Positions 1 through 12,775 of a stretch of DNA of 64,000 bases are shown in pieces. A program made the position numbers and the translations under genes. A model generated the notes under the pieces. It was given only the letters and a program-made list of their open reading frames with translations, ran no database searches and was not told the DNA's origin. This stretch comes from Octopus sinensis (lineage: Eukaryota), in the NCBI RefSeq assembly GCF_006345805.1, contig NC_043007.1, forward strand, positions 13,144,001 to 13,208,000, in the 5' to 3' direction. Every line of letters begins with the position of its first letter. Position 1 is the first letter of the stretch.

Positions 1-321
1 TATTTTAGATTCAGTTCGAATGCAAGAAGAATGAAGATATATTTATGGTCAAATTACCATTCTGTCATTTCCATTAATCTTTTCATTTTCTTTTCTGTAT
101 ATCATGATAAATATAAAATATATGTGTTGGAGTATGTGTCTAAACACACACACACACAAAACAAAAAGAAATAAACAAAGGGATTAAGATGGATGTTAAG
201 CTTACGATCGCAAAGCCGTAGGTTCGAAATCTCGAACTGGGCGACGCGCTATATTCTTGAACAAGGCACTTCAATTCCGCTCAGCTGAAAAATGAGTCCC
301 GCCCTAGTACTGGTGTAACCC

Positions 322-358
<37 letters not shown>

Positions 359-629
359 GAATCAAGGTTTGGAGGGTTGAGTAGGTGTCGGGTTTTGCTC
401 GCGCCTAATGAACACCGAAATTTATTAATGAAAGCATGGTATTTGCTATCAAGCCCTACTCTTGAGTGATGGCTTTAGTAGTGATGGATTTCCGTTTGAC
501 AATGAGGATTTCGTTGTACAATAAAATGAATTTTCTAGCCCTCGACTAACGTGTATGTTGTTGAGTATTCCACAGACACCGGCAAGGGAACCTGCTTGCG
601 AAGACCTCAACAGGTCTTCGCAAGCAGAG

Positions 630-1125
630 TTTTGTGTCCAAAGAAGGAAAAGGTACGCATAAGTGGGTTGGTTACACCTCTGGAATATCCACGAGGTTAT
701 GGGCTCACTTGGCTTACCGGGTCTTCTCAAGCACAGCATATTTCCAAAGGTCTCGGTCACTAGTCATAACCTCAGTGAGGCCTAATGTTCGAAGGTCATG
801 CTTCTCCACCTCATCCCAGGTCTTCCTGGGTCTACCTCTTCCACAGGTTTCCTCAACCGCTAGGGTGTGGCACTTTTTCACATAGCCATCCTCATCCATT
901 CTCGACACATGACCATATCAGCGCAGTCGTCTCTCTTGCACACCACATCTGATGCTTATTAGGTCCAACTTTTCTCTCAAGGTACTTACACTCTGTCATA
1001 TATGCACACTGACGTTACACAGCCATCGGCTTCATTCCTTGCGAGCTTACGCATGTCCTCAGCAGTCACGGCCTATGTTTCACTGCCCATGTAGCATGGC
1101 TATTCGCACACATGCGTCATACAGT
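630..1125 (-). mobile_element. RTE-clade LINE 3' fragment
   Basis: Encodes ..RRLR*YGHVSRMDEDGYVKKCHTLAVEETCGRGRPRKTWDEVEKHDLRTLGL.., the typical RTE ORF C-terminus (WxGHV..R, GRGRPRKTW). Confidence 0.85.
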
Positions 1126-1420
1126 CTACCTTTTACACTGAGCGAGTATATATGCTTACGCACACATACGCACAACCAAAAGGATCACACAATGTAATAT
1201 ATCATCTTCTTCATTTTCTCATACCCATCCTCCTTTTTCCGTGTCTCGCCACCACTTCTAGCTACTTAGCTTCTTTAATTCAATTACTTTTCTTCAAACT
1301 TCCATATTATAAAAGTAAAACAATATATAAAAAAGAAACAACAAAAGACAACCAAAAAAACTCTAAAGTTATTTTTGACGTATTTATGAGTTATTTTCTG
1401 TAAAATTACATTTGAGCGTG

Positions 1421-1456
<36 letters not shown>

Positions 1457-2022
1457 TTTGTCCATAGACTCACATTTAAAAAGCTATTTTGTATTAGTAG
1501 CTAAGATTTCTCTTTTTTATATTTTCGCTGATATTATTTGACGGAGGTGGCGCAAGTTATGCGTCATTAAGGGTTGTGCTGGCGAGGAGGATCACGATGG
1601 TTTTATTGAGTGGGGTTACATGAATGAAGTTTGAGAAATGAGCTAGAAAAACAGAAAGGGCAAGAAAAAAAAAATGTCTGAACACATGACGTGGAAGATC
1701 AGACATATTGAAGGGAAGAGAAATGAGTTTTTAAGCGGAAACAGTTGGTGAGAAGAATGAGATGTGATTCATTTACAGCGGATTAAGTGTTAGTTAATAA
1801 CGTATTATATATAGAAATGGTGGTATATGGTGGTATATTGCTCACTTGCTGGAAGCAGCTCATAGAAACAGAGTTGCTTTTTACATTCAATTACACGTAT
1901 CGTACAAAAGAAAACGTACTTAATAGCTTGCGTTATAGCTGATTGCCTTGCAAGATCAGCGTTGACACAACGTGTGAGCTTTCTTTAGAACAATTCGATG
2001 ATCTGTATTACAGGGCTAAACC

Positions 2023-2277
2023 CAGGGCCGTCTTAGAAACATTATAAGATCTCGGACCAATCATTGCGCTGTACCCTAAAGTATTTATTAACAGCAAGCC
2101 ACAGTAACATAGATCAAAATTAGGCCCTTTGACAAGTGAGGCCCTCGAAAAAAAACAGTGCATTGGGTCCTATAGTACATATATATCTATTGGCAAGAAG
2201 TCACAATATGCACAGATCGGAATTGGGTCTCTAGACTGATGAGGCCCCTAGTGTGCCCGTACCTTAAGACGGTACTG
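2023..2277. mobile_element. hAT-type MITE
   Basis: TIRs CAGGGCCGTCTTA / TAAGACGGTACTG (11/13); 8-bp TSD GCTAAACC / GTTAAACC (7/8). Confidence 0.7.
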
Positions 2278-3374
2278 GTTAAACCTGCTTTAGGCAAACC
2301 TGATCTGTAACACCAAGATTGGTACCACACTAACTGAAAAAAGTTGCAACAGAAAAAAAAATGTGACCCACCAAAGAATGAGTTATATATGCAAGTAAGT
2401 TTGCCCAGTTTATTTAAACCTTTGGAAAATAGTAAGTTTACAAGCAGTGTTTCCGCAGGCAGTTTAAGACAGAATTTAGTCTCTCATGAAGTCCCAGAAC
2501 TAGACTGTTATTATTCTGGTCAATCTCTTTTTACTCTTCCCATAAAAATAATGTATATAAAGACAAAAACACCATATTGGTCTATACATACGCTGTTGGC
2601 TAAAATTCATAAATATATTATGTAAAACAGTATCACACTATACAATGTATAGTTCGTTCTTTTTAAGATAGTAAGATGTAATTTAGAGGACATTTGGTTG
2701 TTATTTTTAGCATTTTAGTAACCACATAGCGAATTTCTTGTTGGTGTCGGAAAGCAGAGAATCTATGGAGTGACGTATAAAATTTTCTGCGGTATTCAGT
2801 TACGCCCCTTTACATTCTGAGGTAAAGCAGACCTACCAAAGTCTACTTTGTACCTTTCACCTTCGAAGAGTTGATAAGGCACCAATCAAATACTTGGGCA
2901 GACATGGGTAACATTTTCCGAAGGTAGGCCGCACTAGTAATAAATTCAAGATCATTCAGAATGCCATTCACAATGTCCCACAGGCTGTAGTTTGCCCCTG
3001 TCAGGGTTTCGTCTGACTTCACCCTCCCAGCAAGATGTGTGATTTTTGTGTTCGTGTTAAAAAAAATATTTCTGCTGTTGGAGTATCAAGTATCAGGTTC
3101 TATGAGAATGTGTGTTGGAGGAGAAAGCTCTGTAATTTAAAACTATTGTTGTTATCACAGTTGCTGTTAACCTCTCGTATACGAATTTGACTCCAGTTTT
3201 TATATTTTAGTGTTTTGAGACTCGGTTTCGATTTCCAGTGATAGACAATTTGATTTTCTAGTATCTCTTAATACAGATGATAAATGCAAAAAGGAAAAGG
3301 TCTTGCACACTCTATTCTCATAACAAAGAAAGGACACATTAACCGATGTAGTTCTAGATATTTATTCTTTTTTT

Positions 3375-3800
3375 TAACTGTAGGCACAAGGCTTAAAATT
3401 TTTGGGGAGGGAAATAGTCGATTAATTCAACCTTAGTGTTCAACTCGTACTTATTTTATCGGCCCCGAAAGGATGAAAGTAAAATTGACCTCAACGGAAT
3501 TTGAATTCAGAATGTAAAGATGAAAGAAATGGGTGCTAAGCATTTTGTCCAATGTGCTGACGTTCCTTATTTCTTTATTGCACACAAGGGGCTAAACATA
3601 GAGGGGACAAACAAGCACAGACAAACGGATTAAGTCGATTATATCAACCCCAGTGCGTAACTGGTACTTATTTAATCGACCCCGAAAGGATGAAAGGCAA
3701 AGTCGACCTCGGCGGAATTTGAACTCAGAACGTAGCGGCAGACGAAATACTGCTAAGCATTTTGTCCAATGTGCTGACGATTCTGCCAACTCGCCACCTT
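3375..3800 (-). mobile_element. SINE family A tandem pair
   Basis: tRNA-like head (B-box GAGTTCAAATTCC); first unit has the Tx1-like tail, second has the alternative tail. Confidence 0.8.
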
Positions 3801-4041
3801 TATTAAGATATCCAATAGAAGACAGATTAGTCACAGCCGAACACTTTTTATCAGTTGTCGATTGATCAGAGCGAACTTGTGGGGTCACACTACTACAGCT
3901 ACACGCACCTATATACACAAACCTCGGCCGTCACTCGGAATCGAAAGTGACTTAGTAACATTTACCATGCTTCCCTTATCTGTTTCAGGAACCTTTATGG
4001 TCGCGAGCAAATATAGATACATTCTCAGCTTTCGTATTTTT

Positions 4042-4595
4042 TTACCTGCAATTGATAGTTAGATGGAGATAGGGTGGTACCAGTAACACTCGACCAGTAT
4101 TTTCTGTGTTCGACCCCAGAAAGAACGAATGGTGAATTTCCCATCAGTGACATTTGAGCCTAGAGAATACAGAGCCTGAACAAATATCGTAATATATATT
4201 TCTTTATTGCCCACAAGGGGCTAAACACAGAGAGGACAAACAAGGACAGACAAACGGATTAAGTCGATTACATCGACCCCAGTGCGTAACTGGTACTTTA
4301 TTTATCGACCCCGAAAGAAGGAAAAGCAAAGTCGACCTTGGCGGAATTTGAACTCGGAACGTAACGACAGACGAAATACGGCTACGCATTTCGCCTGGCG
4401 TGCTAACGTTTCTGCCAGCTCGCCGCCTTTCTGGTTTTTTTTCTTTTACTTGCAATTGATAGTTTGAAGGAGATAGGATGGTACCAGTAACACTCGACCA
4501 GTATTTTGTGTTCGACCCCAGAAAGAACGAATGGTGAATTTCACATCAGTGAGATTTGAGCCTAGAGAATACAGAGCCTGAACAAATATCGTAAT
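4042..4595 (+). repeat. ~150-bp direct repeat flanking a SINE
   Basis: About 4042-4193 vs about 4446-4595. Confidence 0.9.
4198..4429 (-). mobile_element. SINE family A, full length
   Basis: AAGGCGGCGAGCTGGCAGAAACGTTAGCACG ... TTGTGGGCAATAAAGAAAT. Confidence 0.9.
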
Positions 4596-5179
4596 GTATT
4601 TTATCTGACACTAAAACCTGAGTGTGTGTGTGTGTGTATGTTTGTGTATGTATGTTTGTGTATGCCATGCATCACTGACAAAATGACACCCCGGTTAATA
4701 TCGTTATATAAAACAAGGAATTAAGATAATGGATAACACCGTTTTCTTTGTATGGCATTCTGCGTTCTTCAAACGCAACGAAGGTCTTCCGTGTCTTTTG
4801 TTAATGGTATTATTTCCAAACAGAGATTTCCTAATTAATCATATAATGGCCTAAAGCAAGAATTAGACCAAAATATGTAACACTTGCTATCAGTCGCGTT
4901 ATGGAATTGTGGTTTTCAACAAACAGCCAGCACGCCTGTATTGTAAATCTAATTGGTTCTGGTGCCGAGTCTTCTGTCTAAGCTGTATTTCGGAAATGTG
5001 GAAGTGTTGTTATATTAAAAACGACCAAAATAGCAGCGAATGAGTTATTATTAATGTTACTAAAATATGATTATAAACGAAAAAATATGTTGAGTCATTA
5101 GCTTTCAAATTAAGTTAATATATGCGAAAATGTACGTAAATATAAATGAATAAGCAAAAATAGCAGATACTATTATTGC

Positions 5180-5535
5180 TCACACACACACACACCAACC
5201 ACATAGTTCCGGGTTCAGTCCCACTGCGTGGCATCTTAGGCAAGCTTTGTGAGTGGATTTGGTAGACAGAAACTGAAAGAAGCCCGTCGTGCATATATAT
5301 GTATGCATATCTATATGTGTGTATGTGTGTTTCTGTCTGTGTCTGTCCCCCCCACCACCACAACCGGTATTGGTGTGTTTGCATCGCTGTAACTTAGCGG
5401 TCCAGCAAGAGATACCGATAGAATAAGTATCAGCCTTAGAAAGTAAGTACTGGAGTCGATTCATTCGACTAAAAGATTCAAGGCGGTGCCCCAACATGGC
5501 CGCAGTCTAATGACTGAAGCAAGTAAAAGATAAAA
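5180..5535 (+). mobile_element. SINE family B (OR2/CORE-like from memory), partial; 5' halves also at about 6085-6265 and 9445-9610
   Basis: GGTTCAGTCCCACTGCGTGGCA.CTT.GGCAAG core, internal (TA)(TG)n, tail GGCCGCAGTC.AATGACTGAA.CAAGTAAAAG. Confidence 0.8.
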
Positions 5536-5552
5536 GACACACACACACACAC

Positions 5553-5625
<73 letters not shown>

Positions 5626-5736
5626 ATATATATATATATTTATTTATATATATATATTGGATTAGCGAAACAATTATGAGAACGAAACCAAGGGATAAGC
5701 CCCGCTTTCCCGGGAATTATTGGGTACGTCAGCTAG

Positions 5737-5770
<34 letters not shown>

Positions 5771-5778
5771 ATATATAT

Positions 5779-6055
5779 GAGATAATGGTGTCATTGAGAC
5801 CCAAAGGTGTCAGGTAATGCTGAATAAGTGCTATAGACAGACCATAGTTAATGCATATCTTACATCTATTTTCTTTTCTCCACCTCACTCTCTATTTTGT
5901 ATCACATCTAAACTAACTATGACTTAATTTTCCTCTCACATCGTCTCCGATGAAGGGATATAATTAATAAATATCCTGGAAACAGCTGTAAGACCTATCT
6001 ATAAATGTTCTAATATCTATACAGCCTTGGTTTTTTTTTATCTTATTACGCAAAA
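5779..6055 (+). mobile_element. Penelope-like element 3' tail
   Basis: Bounded by (AT)n on both sides and contains a minimal hammerhead-like motif, a hallmark of PLE pseudo-LTRs. Confidence 0.55.
5943..5994 (+). ncRNA. Minimal type I hammerhead ribozyme-like motif (PLE tail), variant core
   Basis: GUCU-CCGAUGA-A-GGGAUA[11 nt]UAUCCU-G-GAAA-CAGCUG-UA-AGAC: 4-bp stem I, 6-bp stem II, palindromic stem III, GUA site. Confidence 0.6.
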
Positions 6056-6480
6056 AATTCTTTTATATATATATATATATATATATGCGCAGGAATGCCT
6101 GTGTGGTTAAGAAGATCGCTTTGCAAAAACGTGGTTTCGGGTTCAGTCCCAACTGCGGGGCTTTTTGGGCGAGTGTCTTCTACAGTAGCCCCGGACCGAC
6201 CAGTGCCTTGTGAGTGAATTTGTTAGACGGAAACTGTGTGGAAGACTGTTGTATCCATCTCTCTCCATATATGTGTGTGTGAGTGTGTGTGTGTAAAGAA
6301 AAGATGTTGAATCGAGGTGGTCATGCATGGAATCTCAAAAAACAGCAACAAAGAAGAAGAAAAGGAAATAAAAAAAACGTTCTGTTGCAGTGTAGTTATA
6401 ATGGAGTATTGTTACAAGATAGAAGGTACAGTAAGCAAGCGATTGGTGTCAGGAGTGCAAGTTTGTGTGTTCAGTTTTAG

Positions 6481-6543
6481 AATCGCTGCGCAGCTGAATC
6501 TGAAGCAACTATTGGATCAGCAGGGTTCTTTGTGGAGCAAAAC
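6481..6543 (+). CDS. Possible 63-nt exon (IAAQLNLKQLLDQQGSLWSK or NRCAAESEATIGSAGFFVEQN)
   Basis: Acceptor TGTTCAGTTTTAG, donor AAC|GTGAGA; not directly joinable to the other exons. Confidence 0.25.
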
Positions 6544-7543
6544 GTGAGAAAATACAGAGATGCCTAATCATAATAAACAAGCTACGAAAATAATAAGAAC
6601 ACACTGTGCAGCGACATCTCAAAAATCTCGAGAACAATTACGAAAGAGAAAAGAAAAAACAGAAGGAAAAAATAAAAGAAGAGAAACAGCGAGGTAAATG
6701 AATTCCGTTTCGAACTATATATATATATATATTTCATATGAAGGCCATAAATGATGAAAGCTTATGTAGCATTTTGTGGTGGAGACGACACCAGAGACTA
6801 TTTCCGTGGATTTAAGGTTGTGAAAGACTCGTGCTGTTCTCCTGCAGCGTAAGTTTTCATATTGACTACTGAGTCATTGCGGTAAACTATTTGGTTTGTG
6901 GGGCGCTAATGGGTATTTCATGTTGAAGCAGTAGAGCTACTGTCAGTTCATATAAGGGTGTGTGTGTGGGGGGGCACGTCCCTATATCGTTGTCCTACAT
7001 TTGCGCGAGGGGTTTGTTTCAATGTGGCAATGCTAAAATAATGAAACACTTGTTAATTGCACGGTGCTCTTTGCTGCTTACGATGTATGCATGTATGTTT
7101 GTATGTGTACGCGCACGCACACGCACGCACACACACACACACACACACGCACGCATACGTGTGTGTGTAAAGGCGAACCGGCAGAATCGTTAGCATATCT
7201 GACACAAATACTTAGCGGCATTTTCCCCTGTCCTCACGTCTTGAGTTCAAATTCCGCCGAAGTCGACTTCGACTTTCACCCTTGTGGTGGTCGATAAAAT
7301 AGGCATCGGTCGAGTCCTGGAGTCGTCTAGCCCCCTCCCCTCAAATTTCAGGCCATGTACTTATATTCGAATGGATTATACATGTTATAAAACATTTATG
7401 TGATTATTTGCATTACCTCTTTGCTTTTCTTTCGTATAAACGAATGTAAGTCTAAAAGTAATGCAAATAAACATTGCATTACTTTCTGAGCCACCCACGT
7501 ATATAATAGAGCCATCATCAATGTTTCTAGACCTTTTACACCT

Positions 7544-7776
7544 AAGGCAGTGAGCTGGCAGAAACGTTAGCACGCCGGGCGAAATGCGTAGCCGTATTTC
7601 GTCTACCGTTACGTTCTGAGTTCAAATTCCGCCGAGGTCGACTTTGCCTTTCATATTTTCGGGGTCGATAAATTAAGTATCAGCTACGCACTGGGGTCGG
7701 TGTAATCGACTCAATCCCTTTGTCTGTCCTTGTTTGTCCTCTCTATGTTTAGCCCCTTGTGGCCAATAAAGAAATA
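7544..7776 (+). mobile_element. SINE family A, full length (alternative-tail relic also at about 7170-7370)
   Basis: Same consensus on the plus strand. Confidence 0.9.
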
Positions 7777-8279
7777 AGAAACGTTAGTACACACACACAC
7801 ACACCAAAGTGCACATATGCACTGGTTGTGTTTCATTTTAGTTTTATTTTCAATAATTAGATTAGTTCACTAATAAGTAGATTTTGTTGTCGATAAACTA
7901 ACTTGTCAAAATACTTCGTCACAGCCCCTGTAACTTTATCAAATACGATGTGCCCGTCTTGTATCTTGTCCGCGCTCTCGGACACCTCTTATTCGTAGCT
8001 CATTGCTTGGTGTTGGAGGATCGACACAGAACGAAGAGCAAAGGACAAGCGGCGCGCGACTGCGTGAAGAACAACAATATCCTTGATAAGGTCACAGGCT
8101 TTGACAAAAGAATATTGACTAATCAGTTAAACAATTACCTAATTAATTATGGAACGAAATAAAACGATTACGTGTGTATGTGTGTGTTTTTTTTTAATTG
8201 GCCGCATTATCTCAAATTACAAAAGTAGGTTTCAGTATACGATTTCATCAATAATACTGCAAAGCAAACGTAAACACTA

Positions 8280-8467
8280 TGTGTGTGTGTGTATGTATGT
8301 ATGTATGTATGTATGTATGTATGTATGTGTATGTGTGTGTGTGTGTATGTATGTGTGTATGTATGTATGTATGTATGTGTGTGTGTGTGTGCGTGTGTGC
8401 GTGTGTGCGCGTGTGTGTGTGTGTGCGTGCTTGTATGTATGCTTGTATGTATGTATGTATGTGTGTA

Positions 8468-8498
<31 letters not shown>

Positions 8499-8535
8499 GT
8501 ATGTGTGTATGTGTGTGTGTGTACGTGTGTGTGTA
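8280..8535. repeat. (GT)n/(ATGT)n compound microsatellite
   Basis: Direct reading. Confidence 0.98.
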
Positions 8536-8929
8536 CTCGTATACCTCTGGTTAAGTCGTTTCGACTTACGTCATTTCCGAAGATATGTCGGTCTTTCTAA
8601 AATATTAAATAAATATCAAAAACAGTATTAATTTACGGTTTCTTTATTAACCACAAGGGCCCAAACACAGAGGGAGACAAACAAGAACAGACAGGACACC
8701 ACAGAGGAGATAATACATAGTACAGTATTACTTTACGTTGCCTTGCAAAGCAGCAATAACGTTCATAGTATATTGTACTGTTAGTTCTGGGTTGTATCGA
8801 TTGGTTCCCTTCGTATTCATGTCCGGGAAATAAATAAATAAAAAAAACAACAATAAAAACAATCTGTATAGCATATTAAAATTAATGTTACAATACAGTA
8901 TGCATCATTGAACCTGAGCCGCGTCGTTT

Positions 8930-9235
8930 TACGTTGAAGAAAATGCAAGAGGCTTTTCCTCATTTAGATAAATGTCTTGCTTTATTTGTGGAAAAGGACC
9001 CCAATTCACAACGTTTTGTAAAGATATTGGATGGGGGTTGTCAAGATACTATTGCACCTTATTACCTAATCCTTGTAAAGAAGAAAAGAGACATTTCAAG
9101 GAACTTTAGACAAGTTCGCACATCGATCTACACCATCACAACAGGAGTCAGATGACGATCCCCAACCATCGACTCCAAGTGTGTGATCTCCTCCTCATCA
9201 TCATCCTACATCACGCTCAACGAGTAAAACCAACG
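8930..9235 (+). mobile_element. pogo/Tigger-like transposase C-terminal relic
   Basis: EAFPHLDKCLALFVEKDPNSQRFVKI..DTIAPYYLIL.KKKR followed by ..ESDDDPQPSTPS, resembling Tigger C-termini. Confidence 0.55.
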
Positions 9236-9239
9236 TCAG

Positions 9240-9435
9240 AACCGTTAAGCACGCCGGGGGAAATGCTTAGCAGTATTTCGTCTGCCGTTATGTTCTGAGT
9301 TCAAATTCCGCAGAGGTCGACTTTGTCTTTCATCCTTTGTCTTTCATCGCACTGGGGTCGATGTAATCGACTTTATCGCTTTGTCTGTCCTTGTTTGTTC
9401 CCTTTATGTTTAGCCCCTTGTGGGCAATAAAGAAA
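9240..9435 (+). mobile_element. SINE family A with internal deletion
   Basis: Head, B-box and Tx1-like tail present. Confidence 0.8.
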
Positions 9436-10352
9436 TATATATGTAAGTGCGCGCGTATGTTTGTGTGTGGCTATGTGGTAAGAACCTTGCTTCTCAACTA
9501 TATGGTTCCGGGTTCAGTCGCACTGCGTGGCACATTGGGCAAACCTCGGGTTGACCAAAACCTTGGGAGTGGATTTGGTGGACAGAAAATGAAAGAAGCT
9601 CGCTATATATATAAGCAATTAATGCAAAACAAGGTGGGAAAATAGTACTCGAATACCAAAAGTAGAGCAAACTACTCTTTATTAAAACCGAAAATAAGTT
9701 TACACCTGACCTATTTCTTTATTAGCCACAGGGGCTCAAAATAGAGGGGGACAAACAAGGACAGACAGACGGGACACCACAGAGGGGACAATGCATAAAA
9801 CGAATATGAATGAGATGATTATATAACAATGAGGTTTTGAATGGCTGCATGCGTCCCTCCTCACATGCAGCACCATTAATATTTTTTTTACTACTGTCCA
9901 TTTTTATCATGTATTTGCATAACAATTATCATGCTACTTACCTTGCAAGTATTTGAACCTTTATATACATTATCTACAATTGTTCCTCTATTTTTCAATA
10001 TTTTTTTTAAAAACATAACATTAAACACCTGGCTCTTTCTTTTTCCCTTTTTTCTCCTTTTTCTTTTTCTTTTTTTTCCTCTCAATTTAACATACTTTTT
10101 TTCTTTTTAGTAGTACTTCGTCAATGGTTCAATTTCTATTAAACCCACTACTGGTGGCAATTCTTTGAATTCCATCTTTACTCCTGGTGGGTCAATACTA
10201 TCTCCACACATTTCTTCCGGTTTCTTGTAATTTTCCTTTTCAAGTTTACACCTGACCGCTCATCGGACAGTATTATCGCAACTGTCTAACGAACGGTCAA
10301 TCAGTAGATCGATTGACAGACACCAGATAGATAGATAGATAGATAGATAGAT

Positions 10353-11350
10353 ATGTTTCTTTATTAGCCACACAGGGCTGAACACAGAGGAGACAAATTA
10401 CAAAGTAGAGCTTTTCTTTTGGGGGAGAGAAAAGAAAGTGGGGTAGGTTTTCGATCAAAAGGGATCGTAAAAAAGAAAGAAAAAAACGATCAATAGGGAT
10501 CGTGTATCACAGAAATGTTATGATGTAAAGTGTAAAGGGGGAAACAGATAAGGTTTATCCGTGGAAAGAAAAGCCTACGGAAAAGACCACGCTAACCTCG
10601 GTCAATAATGTCACATGTTAACACATTTATTTGCAAGTAAGTAACTCTCTGTTTTAATTTTCCGGGTTCATAGGATTATGCTCAAGGTGGATTCGTCATT
10701 CATACGTGCCATCCTTGCTACATTTACCCATCTTTTTTTGAAACATTCGCTAGACAAAACTTGCCTCTCTACTCTCACTTTCCTTTTCAAGTGATACTTG
10801 AAGAAGTTGATGAGAGATTGACCAGAGAGGAAAGTGTTTGTCTCTAATCCTTTCAGACGCGTCCACCAGATACATTCTTTCGCCATAGCCACAAGTATGA
10901 TGAAAATAGCTCTTCCTTCTCGTTTGAAGGAAGGAGGCGTGACGATATTGATGATAGACTCGGCTGATAAACCGACTCGTCCCACACGTGACAGCAGTCG
11001 TTCGACATAAGCCCACAGGTCGGAAATTGTTGGACACTGCACGAGTGCGTGCAGAACGGTTTCGTCGCTCTGACCGCATCTCGGGCTGGTCGGCCCCGTG
11101 TTTCTCGAGCCATGCCTATAGATCTTATCCCGAATGGGTAGCGCTTCTCGGTAGCACTGCCAGGCCAGGAATCTCTGGAAGTTGTCCATAGGTCCCGGCC
11201 CGGAAGTCGTCTTGAACAGGCGGGTCAGGTATTCCTCGTCCCCTATAGAATGCTTTGGTTGTGTTGAAATCGCTCAAGGTCGACCCGGGACGGCAGAGTT
11301 GCTGTAGAGGAAAGCGACACTTGCGGTGCCATTCGCTCTTCTTTGGCCTC
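10353..11350 (-). mobile_element. 5'-truncated L1/Tx1-clade LINE (zf-RVT region plus 3' UTR) embedded in (GATA)n
   Basis: ORF 11189-10668 has [12 protein letters not shown]....C-like..DETVLHALVQCP...LW (zf-RVT). The pyrimidine-rich 3' UTR ends AATAAAGAAACA(TATC)n. Confidence 0.85.
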
Positions 11351-11394
11351 AGATAGACAGACAGATGGCTGGACAGATAGACAGACACATGGAC

Positions 11395-11469
<75 letters not shown>

Positions 11470-11475
11470 CAGGCG

Positions 11476-11522
<47 letters not shown>

Positions 11523-11552
11523 GGATAGATAAATAGATAGACGGATAGATAA

Positions 11553-11600
<48 letters not shown>

Positions 11601-11754
11601 ATAGACAGACGGATGGATAGATAGACAGACGGACGGATGGATGGATGGATGGATAGATAGACAGATGGATAGATAGACAGACGGATGGATAGATAGATAG
11701 ACAGACGGATGGATGGATAGATAGATAGATAGATAGATAGACAGACGGATGGAC

Positions 11755-11790
<36 letters not shown>
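11351..11790. repeat. (AGAT)n/(AGAC)n/(GGAT)n compound microsatellite
   Basis: Direct reading. Confidence 0.98.
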
Positions 11791-12431
11791 TCAATTTTAC
11801 TGCCTGTCAATCAGGAGAAATTGAAATGTTCGTAACGGAAAGAGATATACGGGTGTTGGGGTATGTTAGGCGACGCAGTCGAGTTTGAAAGAATCTTCAG
11901 ATTAAATTTCCCTCTAAAATAAACAAGTGCAGGTCTACTAAGAAGTCACTTACTCTTGGGAGAAACGAAGCGAAATAATGTTGGACTTTCTCTCTCTCCC
12001 CCCCGTCTCTCTCTTTCTCTTTCTCGCTAGCTGCTATTCAATGTAGTGTGTGAACTATCTAAAAGTAAGCTACCCGACGAACCCCTTATCCCACCCGTCT
12101 CTCTGTTGTTATATACCTGAATATAAACATTTCCTGGCAGCTGTTCGCTAACAATAAAACAAGTGGATATATTATACAGCGCGACGGTCGGTATATTACT
12201 TGCTAGCGGTCCTATGACTGTGAATAGAAAAGGTTTCACAAAAACAACTCCTTCTACTGTAAACAATACATACATACTTATCGGCTTTTCATTGCACTTT
12301 ATTTATTTTATTGTATTTTTTATTGAGTTTCCCGCGTCTTTTGTTAACTTTGTGTGTTTGACACGATTCCCGGTTAAAAACACTCACGTAAGCATGCACG
12401 CATGCACGCACGCACACACGCACGCATACAT

Positions 12432-12775
12432 ATTTCTTTACTACCCACAAGGGGCTAAACACAGAGGGGACAAACAAGGACAGACAGACAGACGGATTAA
12501 GTCGATTACAACGACCCCAGTGCGTAACTGGTACTTATTTAATCGACCCCGAAAGGATGAAAGGCAAAGTCGACCTCGGCGGAATTTGAACTCAGAACGT
12601 AGCGGCAGACGAAATACTTATTTCTTTACTACCCACAAGGGGCTAAACACAGAGGGGACAAACAAGAACTGACAAACGGATTAAGTCGATTACGTAGACC
12701 CCAGTGCGTAACTGGTACTTATTTAATCGACCCTGAAAGGATGAAAGGCAAAGTCGACCACGGTGGGTAGTAAAG
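12432..12775 (-). mobile_element. SINE family A head-to-tail dimer
   Basis: Two ~185-bp units joined at GAAATAC|TTATTTC. Confidence 0.85.

Noticed and set aside
2860-3035. Minus-frame peptide VKSDETLTGANYSLWDIVNGILNDLEF and plus-frame ECHSQCPTGCS
   Set aside because: No splice signals, no recognisable family, and the upstream part overlaps a decayed SINE.
11815-11860. Possible 46-nt exon GEIEMFVTERDIRVLG
   Set aside because: Moderate splice signals and a phase incompatible with the neighbouring candidate exons.
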